Shown: positions 17,656 through 28,829, counted from the stretch's first letter. The stretch: 64,000 bases of DNA from Candidatus Omnitrophota bacterium (GCA_016213925.1 JACQZH010000041.1:73352-137351); one strand, 5' to 3'. The notes: generated from the sequence alone by a model not told the origin. Program-made: numbers and translations.

Positions 17656-18716
17656 TGTGGACTGGGTTTTGTTCGCAGTTGAATAATTTTTTTGTTTTTA
17701 GAGATTTGTTCTCTTTTAGTCAAATACTGCAGGGTGGAAGGGATTTTCCGCTTACAATAAATTTTTTAATTACTTGCCGCTGTAATTTGCAATGCAATTT
17801 TTGCACGGCAAAAGAAATGGATGATGGTTCGCAGGAACTTTCGACTGCGGAGATCAATCATTTTTTGGGAAAAATAAAAAAATATAAACCGGCTTTATTT
17901 TTAGGCGGAGGTGAACCGTTTATTCGCAACGATATTTTTGATATTCTTGCAGCCATTAGGGATAACGGCTTAAAATACGGAATTGTTACAAACGGTACGC
18001 TTTTGAATAAGGAAAAAATTGAGGTTTTAATGCGATTTGCTCCGGAAATTCTTATATTTTCTGTTTATGGCGATAAATATTTATGTAAATCTAATGGAGC
18101 TAATACGCAAGGGATTGAGAAAGTAGGAGGAACAGTAAAAGATATTTTAAAGAAAAGAAAGAAGACCAGAGTTATTCTTAATTCGGTTATTAATGAGAAT
18201 AATTATGATAAGCTTGAGCAAACTATCCTTTTGGCTAAAGATTGGGGTGTTGACCGTATGCGGTTTGAACATCTTATCTTTATGACTTTGCAAGAAAGAG
18301 CAATGCATAACAGTTTTTGTAAAAGCTTTCCCGCGGGAGATAGTTTTAAAATGACGACAAATATACAGGAAGCGCCAAAGGAAGATGTCGGCAGAAATTT
18401 GCAATGTTTGATTCCGCGGATTAAAAAAAAATACGGGCGTTTTGTTTTGTTTAAACCATATCTTATGGATAAAGAAATCGCCGGTTGGTATAAAAATGAT
18501 TTTAAATTTAGCAGAAAATGTTTTTTTATAAATCATTCGTTATTTATTAAACATAATGGTGATATTGTTCCCTGTCAGTTTTTTTTGAATTATGTACTTG
18601 GAAATGCTAAAAAGGATAATTTGGAAGTAATTTGGCGTTCTCGGAAGCAAAAAATATTTAGAGAAGTGCTTAAGAAAGGATTACTGCCCGGATGTAAGCG
18701 GTGCTGTAAATTATGA
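17655..18716 (+). CDS. radical SAM protein with SPASM/twitch-like C-terminal Cys cluster
   Basis: CRCNLQCNFC (CxxxCxxC) near the N-terminus, GGGEPF; C-terminus VPCQFF...GCKRCC. ATG overlaps the upstream TGA. Confidence 0.65.
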   Translation: MWTGFCSQLNNFFVFRDLFSFSQILQGGRDFPLTINFLITCRCNLQCNFCTAKEMDDGSQELSTAEINHFLGKIKKYKPALFLGGGEPFIRNDIFDILAAIRDNGLKYGIVTNGTLLNKEKIEVLMRFAPEILIFSVYGDKYLCKSNGANTQGIEKVGGTVKDILKKRKKTRVILNSVINENNYDKLEQTILLAKDWGVDRMRFEHLIFMTLQERAMHNSFCKSFPAGDSFKMTTNIQEAPKEDVGRNLQCLIPRIKKKYGRFVLFKPYLMDKEIAGWYKNDFKFSRKCFFINHSLFIKHNGDIVPCQFFLNYVLGNAKKDNLEVIWRSRKQKIFREVLKKGLLPGCKRCCKL

Positions 18717-19261
18717 ATAATTTACTTAAAAAAAGTTATGAGCGGATTAGCAAAGTATTTTTGGAGAATATTAAGATTGGCGAAAATGCCAAAGTCCTTG
18801 ATATAGGCTGCGGATTAAAAGGAAATTTCATTAAAATACCGGGTGCTAATTATGTGGGCATCGATTTAAATAAATATATGATTGAGAATAACAGCTGTAA
18901 AGGTGACGGCTATTATATGGTTATGGATGCAAAACATATGGCTTTTAAGGATAACTCATTTGATTATATTATTTCCACCAGTTTTTTTCATCATTTTAAT
19001 GACGAGGAATGCGTAGCTATTTTAAGAGAGACAAACAGAATTCTCAAGAAAAAGGGAAAATTGATTGTTGCAGACGGAGTGTTCCCTTCCTCTTTATTTA
19101 ATTTTTTTGGCTGGGCTATCCGTATTTTTGACAGGGGCAGGTATGTGCGAAGTATTCAGGGGCTGCTAAAAATTTTTAATAAAACTTTTAGCATTATAAA
19201 AAAAGATTATTTTGCGGATAATATATTTACGTACGGGGTTTTTGTAATGGAGAAAGAATAA
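18713..19261 (+). CDS. class I SAM-dependent methyltransferase
   Basis: Motif I VLDIGCGLKGN; small Rossmann-like methyltransferase architecture. ATGA overlap with the upstream gene. Confidence 0.5.
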   Translation: MNNLLKKSYERISKVFLENIKIGENAKVLDIGCGLKGNFIKIPGANYVGIDLNKYMIENNSCKGDGYYMVMDAKHMAFKDNSFDYIISTSFFHHFNDEECVAILRETNRILKKKGKLIVADGVFPSSLFNFFGWAIRIFDRGRYVRSIQGLLKIFNKTFSIIKKDYFADNIFTYGVFVMEKE

Positions 19262-19268
19262 AGGTATT

Positions 19269-20687
19269 ATGCAAGCTTTAACCCATAAGAGCAAAGATGC
19301 TAATAAGATAGTGTTTATGATTATTCTCGGCTGCGCGGTTTTCATAAGGATTATCGCGTTTTTGAACTCGGACAATTACCATGGGATAGCGGCGGGTAAG
19401 GTTGTCGAGGCTATGCGGCTTGTAAAGCATCCTGATGTTCTGGGTGCATGGATAGATACGGCACATGGCCCGATACATATGTATTTAATTGCTTTGGCAA
19501 TAAAATTATTCGGCAATCATGTTTTAGTTTCCCAGCTGATGAGCTTTTTTATGGGAATAGCATTTTTTATTCCGTATTTTAGCTTCTTAAAATTATGGAT
19601 AGGAAAAGAGAAAGCGCTTATCAGCAGTTTTATTGTTGCTTTTTTTTCACCGCATATTTTATATAGTATTTTATCTACGGCAGAAAGTTCGTTTTTGTTT
19701 TTTTTATTTTGCGGGATATTTTTTTACCATAAATATCACATATATTTTAAAAACAAAGAATTAATATGGTCGGCACTGTTCATGGGCTTTGCGACAATGT
19801 GCCGTTTTGAAGGAGGGATATTTATTGTGCTGCTTGCAATCCCCTTGTTAAAAAAGATTAGGAGTTTTGTTTTGTTTTTATCTGTTGCTTCAATTTTGCC
19901 AGTATTTTGGATGTATGGTAATTATATGGTTAGCGGAAATTTTATGCAATTTCTTTTCGGCAGCAACACAGTTGTTAAGATAGAGTTTCAAATAATAATA
20001 AAAATGCTTGGGGTAAAGTATACTTTTTGGGACAAGTTAATTTATTGGCCGATGCAGTTAAGAAATTTTTTTGGCTGGCCGTTATTTATATTCGGGATAA
20101 TTGGAATTTTGAAATATGGATTCCAAAGGAACTTTAGATATATCACCTTTTTATTTTTGTCGGCACTTTCGTTTTTTGTTTATAAAACTTCTTGCGAAGA
20201 ATTGGCAATGCAGGAGCGGTATGGAATGAGTTTAGGGTTGTTGTTTCTTCCCTATTCGGTGTTGTTTTTTTGTTATTTAAAAGAAAAATTGAATAAAAGA
20301 TTAAAAGAATTACTTGTTCTAATACTGCTTATGTTTTCTATGGTAAGAGGATCTTATTTAACTTTGGTTTGCTTGCCGCATACTCCTTATTGGGCTAAAC
20401 AGGCGGCACTGTTTTTAAAAGAAAATGTAAAAATAGGTGAACTTGTATATATCGAAAGCGTTGACGATAATGATAAAGATCCGTTGAAGCTTTTAAGCGG
20501 CTTGGATTTGGATTGCTTTATTGATTATGTGCCTTGGTTTCAAAAAACAACTGTAATGTCTCCTGAAGATATAGGCAATCTAAGATTTTTCGTTTATGTT
20601 TCTAAAAACGAGCTTAAAAACTTAAATGAGGTTTACAGAATTAGAGATTGTAAAATATATAAAATAACAAGGAATAATGCCAGATGA
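19269..20687 (+). CDS. polytopic membrane protein, putative GT-C family glycosyltransferase (paralog 1 of 3)
   Basis: Multi-TM. Shared N-terminal block DNYHGIAAGKVVEAMRL...HGPIHMYL with the next two ORFs. Confidence 0.4.
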   Translation: MQALTHKSKDANKIVFMIILGCAVFIRIIAFLNSDNYHGIAAGKVVEAMRLVKHPDVLGAWIDTAHGPIHMYLIALAIKLFGNHVLVSQLMSFFMGIAFFIPYFSFLKLWIGKEKALISSFIVAFFSPHILYSILSTAESSFLFFLFCGIFFYHKYHIYFKNKELIWSALFMGFATMCRFEGGIFIVLLAIPLLKKIRSFVLFLSVASILPVFWMYGNYMVSGNFMQFLFGSNTVVKIEFQIIIKMLGVKYTFWDKLIYWPMQLRNFFGWPLFIFGIIGILKYGFQRNFRYITFLFLSALSFFVYKTSCEELAMQERYGMSLGLLFLPYSVLFFCYLKEKLNKRLKELLVLILLMFSMVRGSYLTLVCLPHTPYWAKQAALFLKENVKIGELVYIESVDDNDKDPLKLLSGLDLDCFIDYVPWFQKTTVMSPEDIGNLRFFVYVSKNELKNLNEVYRIRDCKIYKITRNNAR

Positions 20688-22192
20688 AGCCTGATAGTTT
20701 TCGCGTGTTTAAGAAATATAAGGAAAAATTTTTAATTTTTTTAATTATCTGTTTTGCTTTGGGAATAAGGTTTTATTTACTTATTAATACAGTTGATTTT
20801 CATGGAATTTCGGCAGGGAAAATAATGGCAGCGGAATTGATACTTAGGAACAAGCTTCAGAATGGAGCATGGTTTTTTCCGGTTCATCCGCCGGCACATT
20901 TATTGATGCTGATTGTAGGCCTGAAAATTTTTAATAATCCGGCTGTTACTCCAAGATTGATTAGTTTATTCTTTGGAACTATAACTTTGTTGCCGTTACT
21001 TTATTATACTAAAGAATTTTTTGGCAGAGCGGTCGCGTTGCTTACTTTGGCAGCAGCTGCTTTGTATTCTGAACATATTATATATAGCGTTATCGCTACA
21101 AGTGAGGCATCGTATCTTTTTTTTGTTTTTCTTGGACTCTTGATTTTTTCTCATTTTGGGAAGCAAAATAGCCATAAGTTAATTTGTTTTAGCGCAGTAT
21201 TGTTTAGCCTTGCCAGTTTGTGCCGCTATGAAGGGATGATCTTTATCCCAATATTAGCATTCGTTCTGTTATTAAAGCGGAAAATGGCTCAAGTATTTTT
21301 ATTTTTAGGGATATCTCTGGTGTTTCCTTTTGTCTGGATGATGATTAATTTTAGTTTTGGAGGGAATCCGTTACTGTTTTTGACTACTAATAATATTACA
21401 GTGCCGCTTCAATTTGAATGGATCAGGTCGCAGGGATTAATAATAGATAGTGTTTTTAAAATCTTATTTTGGCCAAAAGTTTTAATTGATTCGCTTGGTT
21501 GTCCTGTTTTTAGTTTTGGAATTATCGGGGTGCTTTGGTGCATAGTTAAAAAGGAAAAAATATTTCCAGCAATAATTTTTGTGTTTTTATTTTTGCTTTT
21601 TATAATTGGGACATTTAGAGAACAGCTTTATTTGCAATCCCGTTACTCGATTATACTGGGGCTTATGTTGATACCTTTTAGCATATTCGCTTTTTTAAAA
21701 TTAATTCAAAGAATATTTCAAAAAATACCTAAATGGATTGGGTTATGCCTGGTATGGTCGATGATTCCGCCAATTGGAACGCAGGTTTTAAACGCGCCTT
21801 TGTATGCTCCGTATTTTGCTAGGCAAACCGCAAAGTATTTGCAAAAAAACGTAAATCCTGAAGATAATATTATAATGGATCACTGCGGAGATGAAAAATA
21901 TAGGGAGCCAATTAAAGTTTTGAGCGCATTTAATCCAGCCCAGTTTATTTTAAGGCCTTATCTGGTGGTGAAAGATAATCGGTGGGTCGCGGACAAAGGC
22001 AAATTTTTTGAGGTTTTGGAAGTGGAAAAGATATCTGTTTTGGTTTACTCTCCAATGGGGGATTTAGGCCCGGTGCTCGAGCTTGAAAAAAAAGGTTCTC
22101 TGGTAGAAATTTCCGGGTTTTGTTTTAAGCTGCTTGATAAAGAAATGCCGTATATGATTTATCGTGTTGAGAAGAAGAGGTTTGTTATTTAA
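20684..22192 (+). CDS. polytopic membrane protein, putative GT-C family glycosyltransferase (paralog 2 of 3)
   Basis: DFHGISAGKIMAAELIL...HPPAHLLML; same architecture as 19269..20687. ATGA overlap. Confidence 0.4.
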   Translation: MKPDSFRVFKKYKEKFLIFLIICFALGIRFYLLINTVDFHGISAGKIMAAELILRNKLQNGAWFFPVHPPAHLLMLIVGLKIFNNPAVTPRLISLFFGTITLLPLLYYTKEFFGRAVALLTLAAAALYSEHIIYSVIATSEASYLFFVFLGLLIFSHFGKQNSHKLICFSAVLFSLASLCRYEGMIFIPILAFVLLLKRKMAQVFLFLGISLVFPFVWMMINFSFGGNPLLFLTTNNITVPLQFEWIRSQGLIIDSVFKILFWPKVLIDSLGCPVFSFGIIGVLWCIVKKEKIFPAIIFVFLFLLFIIGTFREQLYLQSRYSIILGLMLIPFSIFAFLKLIQRIFQKIPKWIGLCLVWSMIPPIGTQVLNAPLYAPYFARQTAKYLQKNVNPEDNIIMDHCGDEKYREPIKVLSAFNPAQFILRPYLVVKDNRWVADKGKFFEVLEVEKISVLVYSPMGDLGPVLELEKKGSLVEISGFCFKLLDKEMPYMIYRVEKKRFVI

Positions 22193-22216
22193 AAGGATTA
22201 AGTCTGGTGGCTGAAA

Positions 22217-23701
22217 ATGGCTAAAAAAACTATTTTTTTCAGAAAAATTCAATTTAAAAATAATTGGGATCTTTTGAGCGTGCTTTTTTTTGCCGCTTTT
22301 TTTATAAGGCTGGCTTTTTTGGCTGCGTGTGATAATTTACAAGGTGCTGGCCCGATGCTAAATATTATTACGGCACTGCATGTTTTTAAATCGCCTTCTT
22401 TATTGGAAAATATTTATTATGGACTGTTACCGTTATACCTATATTCATTAGCGCTTGCTGTTAATCTTGGGACGGAACAGATTTTATCCGCGCAATTTTT
22501 AAGCTTATTTTTCGGCAGTTTTTCCGCGGTGCCGTTTTATTTGCTTATCCGCCGCTTTAGCGATAAAAAAATTGCGTTTTATGCCGCAATGTTTTTTTGC
22601 TGTTACCCCGCGCATATAAATGCGAGTATTTTGAGTATGCCGGAGGCAGTTACACTATGCCTTCTCTTATGGGCAACATATTATATTCTTAATTATAGTG
22701 CGAGTTTAGCTGCGCTGTTTTTAGCTTTGGCGTGTGGTTTTTCGTATCTTGCTTGGCTATTTATCCCGATTTTTATAACTATTTATTTATCCTGCAGCCA
22801 GAAGGCCGAGTATAAATGGCCCTCGGGAAGGATTCGCACTACAGGCGAAAGGAATTTAATGGCCCGAAGGACTTCATTTGAAAGGCATCATACAATTGCT
22901 TTAAGGATCGAAGAAGCGATACTGATATTTTTTATTTGCACGATTTTCCCGCTGATATGGGTTAAGTTAGTTGCGGCTAAATACAATGGCTGCGGGATTT
23001 TTTACAAAAACTTTTATGAAGCTAGATCATTCCTGGAATTTATTTTTGCTTTTACAGATACTGTGCGAATGTTAATGTCTAAGTTGTTTAATGCGCCTTT
23101 GCCGTTATTTTTTGTATTTGGACTTGCTGGGCTTTATCAGAGCGCACGCTTAAAAAAATTTTATCCCTTTATCTTTATTGTCGGAATGCTTGTTCTTTTA
23201 TCCAGTATTAATATTTTTAGGGAAGATATTTTTTTACTGGATGGAATCATTTTAATTGCGGGCGTGTTTTATATACCTTTTATAATTGAAGGTATAATGT
23301 TCATCATGAAGACATTATTTTTGAAAATTAATTTTTTTAGTAAAACATTGATTTTGTTAAGCGTGTTATTATTGTTAGGCATTGGGATGTACGATAGGCC
23401 TTATTTGCCGAAAAGAGTGAAGGTTCTTAGTTCGTGGATCAAGGATAACATTGGAACGCAGGATATTATTTTTATAAATAAGGACAGCAATGGATATTAT
23501 ACTTCGGTGATTATGCTTAGTGGTTTACCTCAAGGGAATTTTTTTGCACGAGAGAAGGAGCAAAGTTTAGAAATAAAGAGACTTGATTCTACTCGTAGTT
23601 ATTTTGTTATTTTAGATAGGCGGGAAAAAGAAATAAATTTTACTGAAAGTTGGGAAAAGGTTTATTCTCAAGATGCATATGCAATTTATAGGATATTATA
23701 A
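22217..23701 (+). CDS. polytopic membrane protein, putative GT-C family glycosyltransferase (paralog 3 of 3)
   Basis: Same architecture (DNLQGAGPMLNIITALHVF...). Multi-TM. Confidence 0.4.
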   Translation: MAKKTIFFRKIQFKNNWDLLSVLFFAAFFIRLAFLAACDNLQGAGPMLNIITALHVFKSPSLLENIYYGLLPLYLYSLALAVNLGTEQILSAQFLSLFFGSFSAVPFYLLIRRFSDKKIAFYAAMFFCCYPAHINASILSMPEAVTLCLLLWATYYILNYSASLAALFLALACGFSYLAWLFIPIFITIYLSCSQKAEYKWPSGRIRTTGERNLMARRTSFERHHTIALRIEEAILIFFICTIFPLIWVKLVAAKYNGCGIFYKNFYEARSFLEFIFAFTDTVRMLMSKLFNAPLPLFFVFGLAGLYQSARLKKFYPFIFIVGMLVLLSSINIFREDIFLLDGIILIAGVFYIPFIIEGIMFIMKTLFLKINFFSKTLILLSVLLLLGIGMYDRPYLPKRVKVLSSWIKDNIGTQDIIFINKDSNGYYTSVIMLSGLPQGNFFAREKEQSLEIKRLDSTRSYFVILDRREKEINFTESWEKVYSQDAYAIYRIL

Positions 23702-23704
23702 ATT

Positions 23705-24796
23705 ATGAAAGTAATATTTATCAGCCGGGAGAATATTGATATGCCTGCTGTGCGGGTACGCTGTTTTGGTTTTGCGCGTTTTCTGGAAAAAGCAGGAATA
23801 GATACACAGGTATTTTCTTTTGCTCAAAGCGTGGGAGCGAAAAGCGGTAAAGAAGAAGCAAAAATGAATTTTTTTGAAAAGCTCAAATATAATTTTGAGG
23901 CATACTTACGGTTAGCCCCGGAAGATGCAGTCCTTATTCTGCAGCGTTGCAATTATCATTCTCTTGCGCCTTTGCTCTTGAAATTTTTTAAGAAAAAAAA
24001 GCTTGTGCTTGATCTTGATGATTGGGAGGCGCGGGAAAATACGCAGTATTACTTTAATAAATTGCCTAATTCAAAAGCTGAAATTGCAATGCAATTAATT
24101 GCTAAATCAAGTATTTTTTGCATAGGCGCAAGTAAATTTCTGGTTGATTATTTGGCCAATTATAACCGCAAAGTTGTGTATATCTCGACAGCTGTTGATA
24201 CTGATTTTTTTAAACCGGGTAATAACATAGGTAAGCACAACGGCATTACGGTATCATGGCTGGGAACGATATACCGCAAAGATAATATAGAGAATATAAA
24301 TTTTTTAATGGAATGTTTTGAGGAAATCTCGGATTCTTCTAATGATGTTAGCCTTGAGATCGCAGGGGATGGATTATACGTGCAGGATGTGTTAGATTTG
24401 GTAACGAGGAAAAAAAAACGGAATATCCGCTTTAAAAGCTGGATCACTCCGGATGAGGTGCCGGCATATCTTGATGGTATTGACATTGGGGTAATGCCTT
24501 TGATTCAGGATACTAAGTTCAATAAGGCCAAAAGCCCGACACGTTTGTTTGAATATATGGCAATGGGAAAACCGGTTCTTGCCAGCCGCATCGGAGAAGC
24601 GTCTTTAATAATCAATGATTCAGAGAACGGTTTTTTAGCGGGCAGTAAAAAAGAGTTTAAGGACAAGCTGAAAATTTTGATAAAAGAAAAGAAACTTAGA
24701 CATGATTTGGGCGTGTGCGGCCGTAATACTGTATTAGAAAACTATTCGTTAGAAAAAAATGCTAATAAGCTTGTTGAGGCGCTTAAGATGTTATGA
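23705..24796 (+). CDS. glycosyltransferase family 4 (GT-B)
   Basis: KSPTRLFEYMAMGKPVLASRIGE (EX7E-like motif). Confidence 0.65.
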   Translation: MKVIFISRENIDMPAVRVRCFGFARFLEKAGIDTQVFSFAQSVGAKSGKEEAKMNFFEKLKYNFEAYLRLAPEDAVLILQRCNYHSLAPLLLKFFKKKKLVLDLDDWEARENTQYYFNKLPNSKAEIAMQLIAKSSIFCIGASKFLVDYLANYNRKVVYISTAVDTDFFKPGNNIGKHNGITVSWLGTIYRKDNIENINFLMECFEEISDSSNDVSLEIAGDGLYVQDVLDLVTRKKKRNIRFKSWITPDEVPAYLDGIDIGVMPLIQDTKFNKAKSPTRLFEYMAMGKPVLASRIGEASLIINDSENGFLAGSKKEFKDKLKILIKEKKLRHDLGVCGRNTVLENYSLEKNANKLVEALKML

Positions 24797-26259
24797 AAAT
24801 TGTTATAGCTAATTCTATCGGAATCGATAAAAACCGTAATTACATAATCCATTCACCAAGCCGCTGGTCGGAAGGGGTAAGGAATAAGTATCACTGGTTT
24901 GCCTATTATCCTTGGGAATTAGCATATTTGTCCAGCCTGCTTAAAGAACGCATAAAAGCAGATATATGCTTTTTGGATGGGTGTTTAATGCGGCTTGATA
25001 AACAAGCTTATTATAATCTTATATTAAAAGAAAAACCGGAAATTCTAATAATGGAAAGTTCTACAAGGATGATCGATGAGAATACCGAACTCGCTTTGGA
25101 CATAAAAAAAATAATTGGAACAAAGCTGATTTTTGTTGGCCAGCATGCGAGCGCTTTTCCTGATGAGATGCTTGAAAAAGGGATTGACCATCTATGTATC
25201 GGAGAGTATGAATATACGGTTTTAGAACTGATCCAGGGAAAAGCGCTCAAGGATATCTCCGGGTTGTTTCCTAATGCGCGCCGTCCGCTGTTAGATATTA
25301 ATAGCCTGCCTTGGCCGGAAGATACAGATGTGAGCAGGTTTGCTTACGCGATGCCGGGAGAGCCGAGTTCCGAATATCATGAAATCCAGATGTATACGTC
25401 AAGGGGGTGCCCGGGTGGGTGTAATTTTTGTGTTGCCAGGCATATTTATTATGCCCAGCCTAATTGGAGAGCCAGAAATATAAAAAATGTGATCAATGAG
25501 ATTATTTATTTAAAAGATAAATATCCGCGAATGCAGGGAGTATTTTTTGATGAAGAAGCGCATAACGTAAAAAAAGAATTTATTATGGAATTGACGCAGG
25601 CGATAATTGATTCCGGGCTGGATAAGTTAAAGTTTGAAGCTATGTGCGACCTGCGTTTTCTTTCGGAAGAAATGCTTGAAGCAATGAAAAAGGCTGGATA
25701 TTATAAGATCAGAGTTGGTATTGAAACGGCAAGTGAAAAAGTAATGGATGCTGTTGGCAAACGGATAGATATTGAGCTAATGAAGAAAAAACTTCGTTTT
25801 GCTAAAAAGATCGGAATTAAGACTTATGGTACTTTTACATTTGGAGCGGCTGGGTCAGACGAAAAAGAAGACCAGAAAACAATAGATTTGATGCGGAATC
25901 TGCTTAAGGAAAATATTCTGGATAATCTGCAGCTTTCGATTTGTACTCCGCAGCCTGGAACTCCGTTTTACAATTATGTAAAAGAAAATAATTTTTTGCG
26001 CAACGGATTATGTTATAAAGACTTTGACGGCGGAAATATTGCTGCCGTCAGTTATCACGATTATGATTATAAAAAAATAGAATCAATGAAACAAAAGGCA
26101 TTGGTAATACGGGATCACATCTTTTTGGAGTCAAAAATTAAAAATCAGAACTTTATGCGTTGGTGTGTTAGCGTGTTTCGCAAACATGGAATTTTAGGAT
26201 TTATAGCAAAAGCATTTAACAGATTTATTGGAGAACTTAAGTTTCAGTTCAAACGCTGA
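24793..26259 (+). CDS. B12-binding radical SAM protein
   Basis: B12-binding-like N-domain (...IFVGQHAS...HLCIGEYEYTVLEL); radical SAM SRGCPGGCNFC. Confidence 0.7.
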   Translation: MKIVIANSIGIDKNRNYIIHSPSRWSEGVRNKYHWFAYYPWELAYLSSLLKERIKADICFLDGCLMRLDKQAYYNLILKEKPEILIMESSTRMIDENTELALDIKKIIGTKLIFVGQHASAFPDEMLEKGIDHLCIGEYEYTVLELIQGKALKDISGLFPNARRPLLDINSLPWPEDTDVSRFAYAMPGEPSSEYHEIQMYTSRGCPGGCNFCVARHIYYAQPNWRARNIKNVINEIIYLKDKYPRMQGVFFDEEAHNVKKEFIMELTQAIIDSGLDKLKFEAMCDLRFLSEEMLEAMKKAGYYKIRVGIETASEKVMDAVGKRIDIELMKKKLRFAKKIGIKTYGTFTFGAAGSDEKEDQKTIDLMRNLLKENILDNLQLSICTPQPGTPFYNYVKENNFLRNGLCYKDFDGGNIAAVSYHDYDYKKIESMKQKALVIRDHIFLESKIKNQNFMRWCVSVFRKHGILGFIAKAFNRFIGELKFQFKR

Positions 26260-27155
26260 TGGAAGTAAGTATAATAATTGTAACTTGGAATGCTGAAAAG
26301 TTTATTAATAAATGCCTTGATTCGGTTTTTAGTCAGGATTTTAGTTGTTTTGAAGTAATCGTTGTTGATAACAGTTCTACAGATAAGACAATAGGAATTT
26401 TACAGTCGTATGAGCCGCGGATAAAACTGATGCGAAATGATGAAAACAAAGGGTTTTGTTTTGCGAATAACCAGGCTATCGGGAAAGCAAAGGGCAAGTA
26501 TATATTTACTTTAAATAGCGATATTATTTTGGAAAAAAATTATTTATCTGTTTTGGTGCAGTGTTTATCCGAACATCACGAAATAGGGATGGCCCAGGGT
26601 AAATTCTTACGGATGAACGGTAGAATAATAGACGGAACCGGGTTGAAGCTTGGTTTGGCTTTCAGATTTCTGAATTTCAATGAAGGCAAAACTGATAGCA
26701 TGCGGGAATTTTCTCCAAAAATGATATTCGGGCCGTGCGCTGCGGCGGCTGTGTATAAAAGAAAATTGTTTGAAGATATAAAATATGAGAACGAATATTT
26801 TGATAATAGTTTTTTCTTTCTTGTTGATGATTTTGATGTTGCCTGGAGAGCGCACAAGAAAGGGTGGAAAGCAATGTATGTTCCGCAGGCAATATGTTAT
26901 CATTACCGCGCTAGTTCCGCTCATAAAAGCAGTTTTAAACAGTTTTTGACTTTTCGAAACAGATATTTTTTATTACTGAAAAACGCGACATGGAAAGATT
27001 TTTTAAAACTAATGTTTTTTTTTCCGATTTATGATTTACCGCGGTTGATTTTTATGCTGATCTTCAATCCGTATGCAATAAAGGCAATAGCGCAGATAAT
27101 TAAAAACATACCGCTGCTTATGAAAAAAAGAAGGTATTTAGAAAGAAAAATATGA
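26259..27155 (+). CDS. glycosyltransferase family 2
   Basis: SIIIVTWN...VVDNSSTD...DxD region. TGATG overlap with the upstream gene. Confidence 0.6.
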   Translation: MEVSIIIVTWNAEKFINKCLDSVFSQDFSCFEVIVVDNSSTDKTIGILQSYEPRIKLMRNDENKGFCFANNQAIGKAKGKYIFTLNSDIILEKNYLSVLVQCLSEHHEIGMAQGKFLRMNGRIIDGTGLKLGLAFRFLNFNEGKTDSMREFSPKMIFGPCAAAAVYKRKLFEDIKYENEYFDNSFFFLVDDFDVAWRAHKKGWKAMYVPQAICYHYRASSAHKSSFKQFLTFRNRYFLLLKNATWKDFLKLMFFFPIYDLPRLIFMLIFNPYAIKAIAQIIKNIPLLMKKRRYLERKI

Positions 27156-28264
27156 AAAAAGTTTCAAGGAGAGACTTTTTAAAAAGCGGAATTTGTTTTG
27201 GCGCTTCTTTGGTTTGCGCTGACCTTATGGCAGGCAGTGTATTTGCCGAAAAGCCTATGATCGGGCCGAGTCTTATCGGAATCGGAAGAGGCATGGATAT
27301 AAATAAGATCACAAAGGATGCAATAAGCCTTATCGGCGGAATGGAAAAAGTTGTAAAGCCAGGGCAAAAGGTTTTCATTAAACCAAACTATATAGCCGGA
27401 GGTTTTATGGGGCATGACCCTGTAACCAGCGGAGAGATCCCTCATCCTGAAGTAATTCAGGCAGTTGTAAATGAATGTTTAAAGGCCGGAGCAAAAGAAG
27501 TAGTTATTGGAGAATGGTTCGAACGGCCGCTTGATATTTTGTGGCAGGGAAAAGAAGGCAAAGAAGGAGCGCAGATAAAAGAGCGTGTAGATTTACTCAA
27601 TAAAAAATTTGGGCAAAGGGTGTTTTTAGTTAATCTTCGTAATCATACAAAACATTTCAAATATATTCCTTCGCTTACTAAACTTGGTAAACTTGCTATC
27701 CCAAATCTTGTTGCTGAAGCTGATGCGGTGATTTCTATTGCTGTTTTAAAAACACATCACCGGCCGATTTCCGTAACCTTGGGGATGAAAAATTTTATCG
27801 GAATAATGCCGTCTGTTTTGTATGGAGAGCCGAGAATGAAGCTGCATGAAGCAGGGATTAATCAGGTAATCATAGATATTAATAAGGCAATAAGGCCTAA
27901 ATTGACTGTTATTAGCGGTGTTTACGGCATGGAAGGTGAGGGTGTAGTAACTTCTTTTGGCGGAATTTCTGTTGATGTAAGTAAAAAAATAGGCAGTTAT
28001 CTGGTGATTGCTGGCATGGATTCTTTGGCTACTGATGCGACTGCTGCGCGTATTATTACTGATAATTGGCAGCCGCAGCCGTTTAATAATAACCTGGGCG
28101 TGCCTTGGTATATCGAACATCTTCGCTGCGGTTTTCAGCAGGGGCTTGGACAGATAGAAAAATCAAAGATTATTGTTAAGGGTTGTAATTTAACTGATAT
28201 CTCAATGTCATGGGAAATGCCTAAGCAAAAAGTATATCCGGAGCTGCCGAATCATGTTAAGTAA
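27152..28264 (+). CDS. Tat-signal exported DUF362-like protein
   Basis: Twin-arginine motif SRRDFLKSG followed by a hydrophobic h-region. VFIKPN and ISIAVLKTHH blocks resemble DUF362. Confidence 0.5.
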   Translation: MKKVSRRDFLKSGICFGASLVCADLMAGSVFAEKPMIGPSLIGIGRGMDINKITKDAISLIGGMEKVVKPGQKVFIKPNYIAGGFMGHDPVTSGEIPHPEVIQAVVNECLKAGAKEVVIGEWFERPLDILWQGKEGKEGAQIKERVDLLNKKFGQRVFLVNLRNHTKHFKYIPSLTKLGKLAIPNLVAEADAVISIAVLKTHHRPISVTLGMKNFIGIMPSVLYGEPRMKLHEAGINQVIIDINKAIRPKLTVISGVYGMEGEGVVTSFGGISVDVSKKIGSYLVIAGMDSLATDATAARIITDNWQPQPFNNNLGVPWYIEHLRCGFQQGLGQIEKSKIIVKGCNLTDISMSWEMPKQKVYPELPNHVK

Positions 28265-28814
28265 GTTAAAGTATATTAGTTTAGTTTTTATTGCTGGATT
28301 GGTCTTTAATAATTGTATTGTTTATGCCCAAGAGACAAATTTTAGATTCCCGGCCAATGTTGCTACGGGGAGCTGGCAGGTGTCTGAAATAGAAGGGAAA
28401 GAAGTTATTACTACAGCGGAATCAGATGCTTTTGAACAAATTAATATAATGGTACCGAAGGAGGGGAATTATCAGCTGTATGTAAGTTTATATCATCGCT
28501 GGATAGAGTTCGCTCCTTTTTTATATGCAAGAATAGTAGACAGCAAGGGAAAGGTTCATCATAGCTATGTATTTTCAGAGCCGCGCTGGTATTTAGAAAA
28601 AGGCCAGGGCCGCTGGGAATACCGCTGTTTTAGCGCTGAACCGTATTGGCATTTGCCAAAAGGCAGGTTAAAAATTAAATTTTGGGTAAAAGCAAAAAGA
28701 TCGAGCTGGAAACAAGATGATGTGCCTATGCCGGCGGATATTTCAATAGGTGATTTTGTGCTTGTGCCGGTTAATGAACAAACTAATGAACAGTTGAATT
28801 TGACATTACCGTAA
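28254..28814 (+). CDS. secreted hypothetical protein
   Basis: Sec-type signal peptide (ISLVFIAGLVFNNCIVYAQE). Confidence 0.4.
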   Translation: MLSKLKYISLVFIAGLVFNNCIVYAQETNFRFPANVATGSWQVSEIEGKEVITTAESDAFEQINIMVPKEGNYQLYVSLYHRWIEFAPFLYARIVDSKGKVHHSYVFSEPRWYLEKGQGRWEYRCFSAEPYWHLPKGRLKIKFWVKAKRSSWKQDDVPMPADISIGDFVLVPVNEQTNEQLNLTLP

Positions 28815-28829
28815 AATTCTAAGGATGAA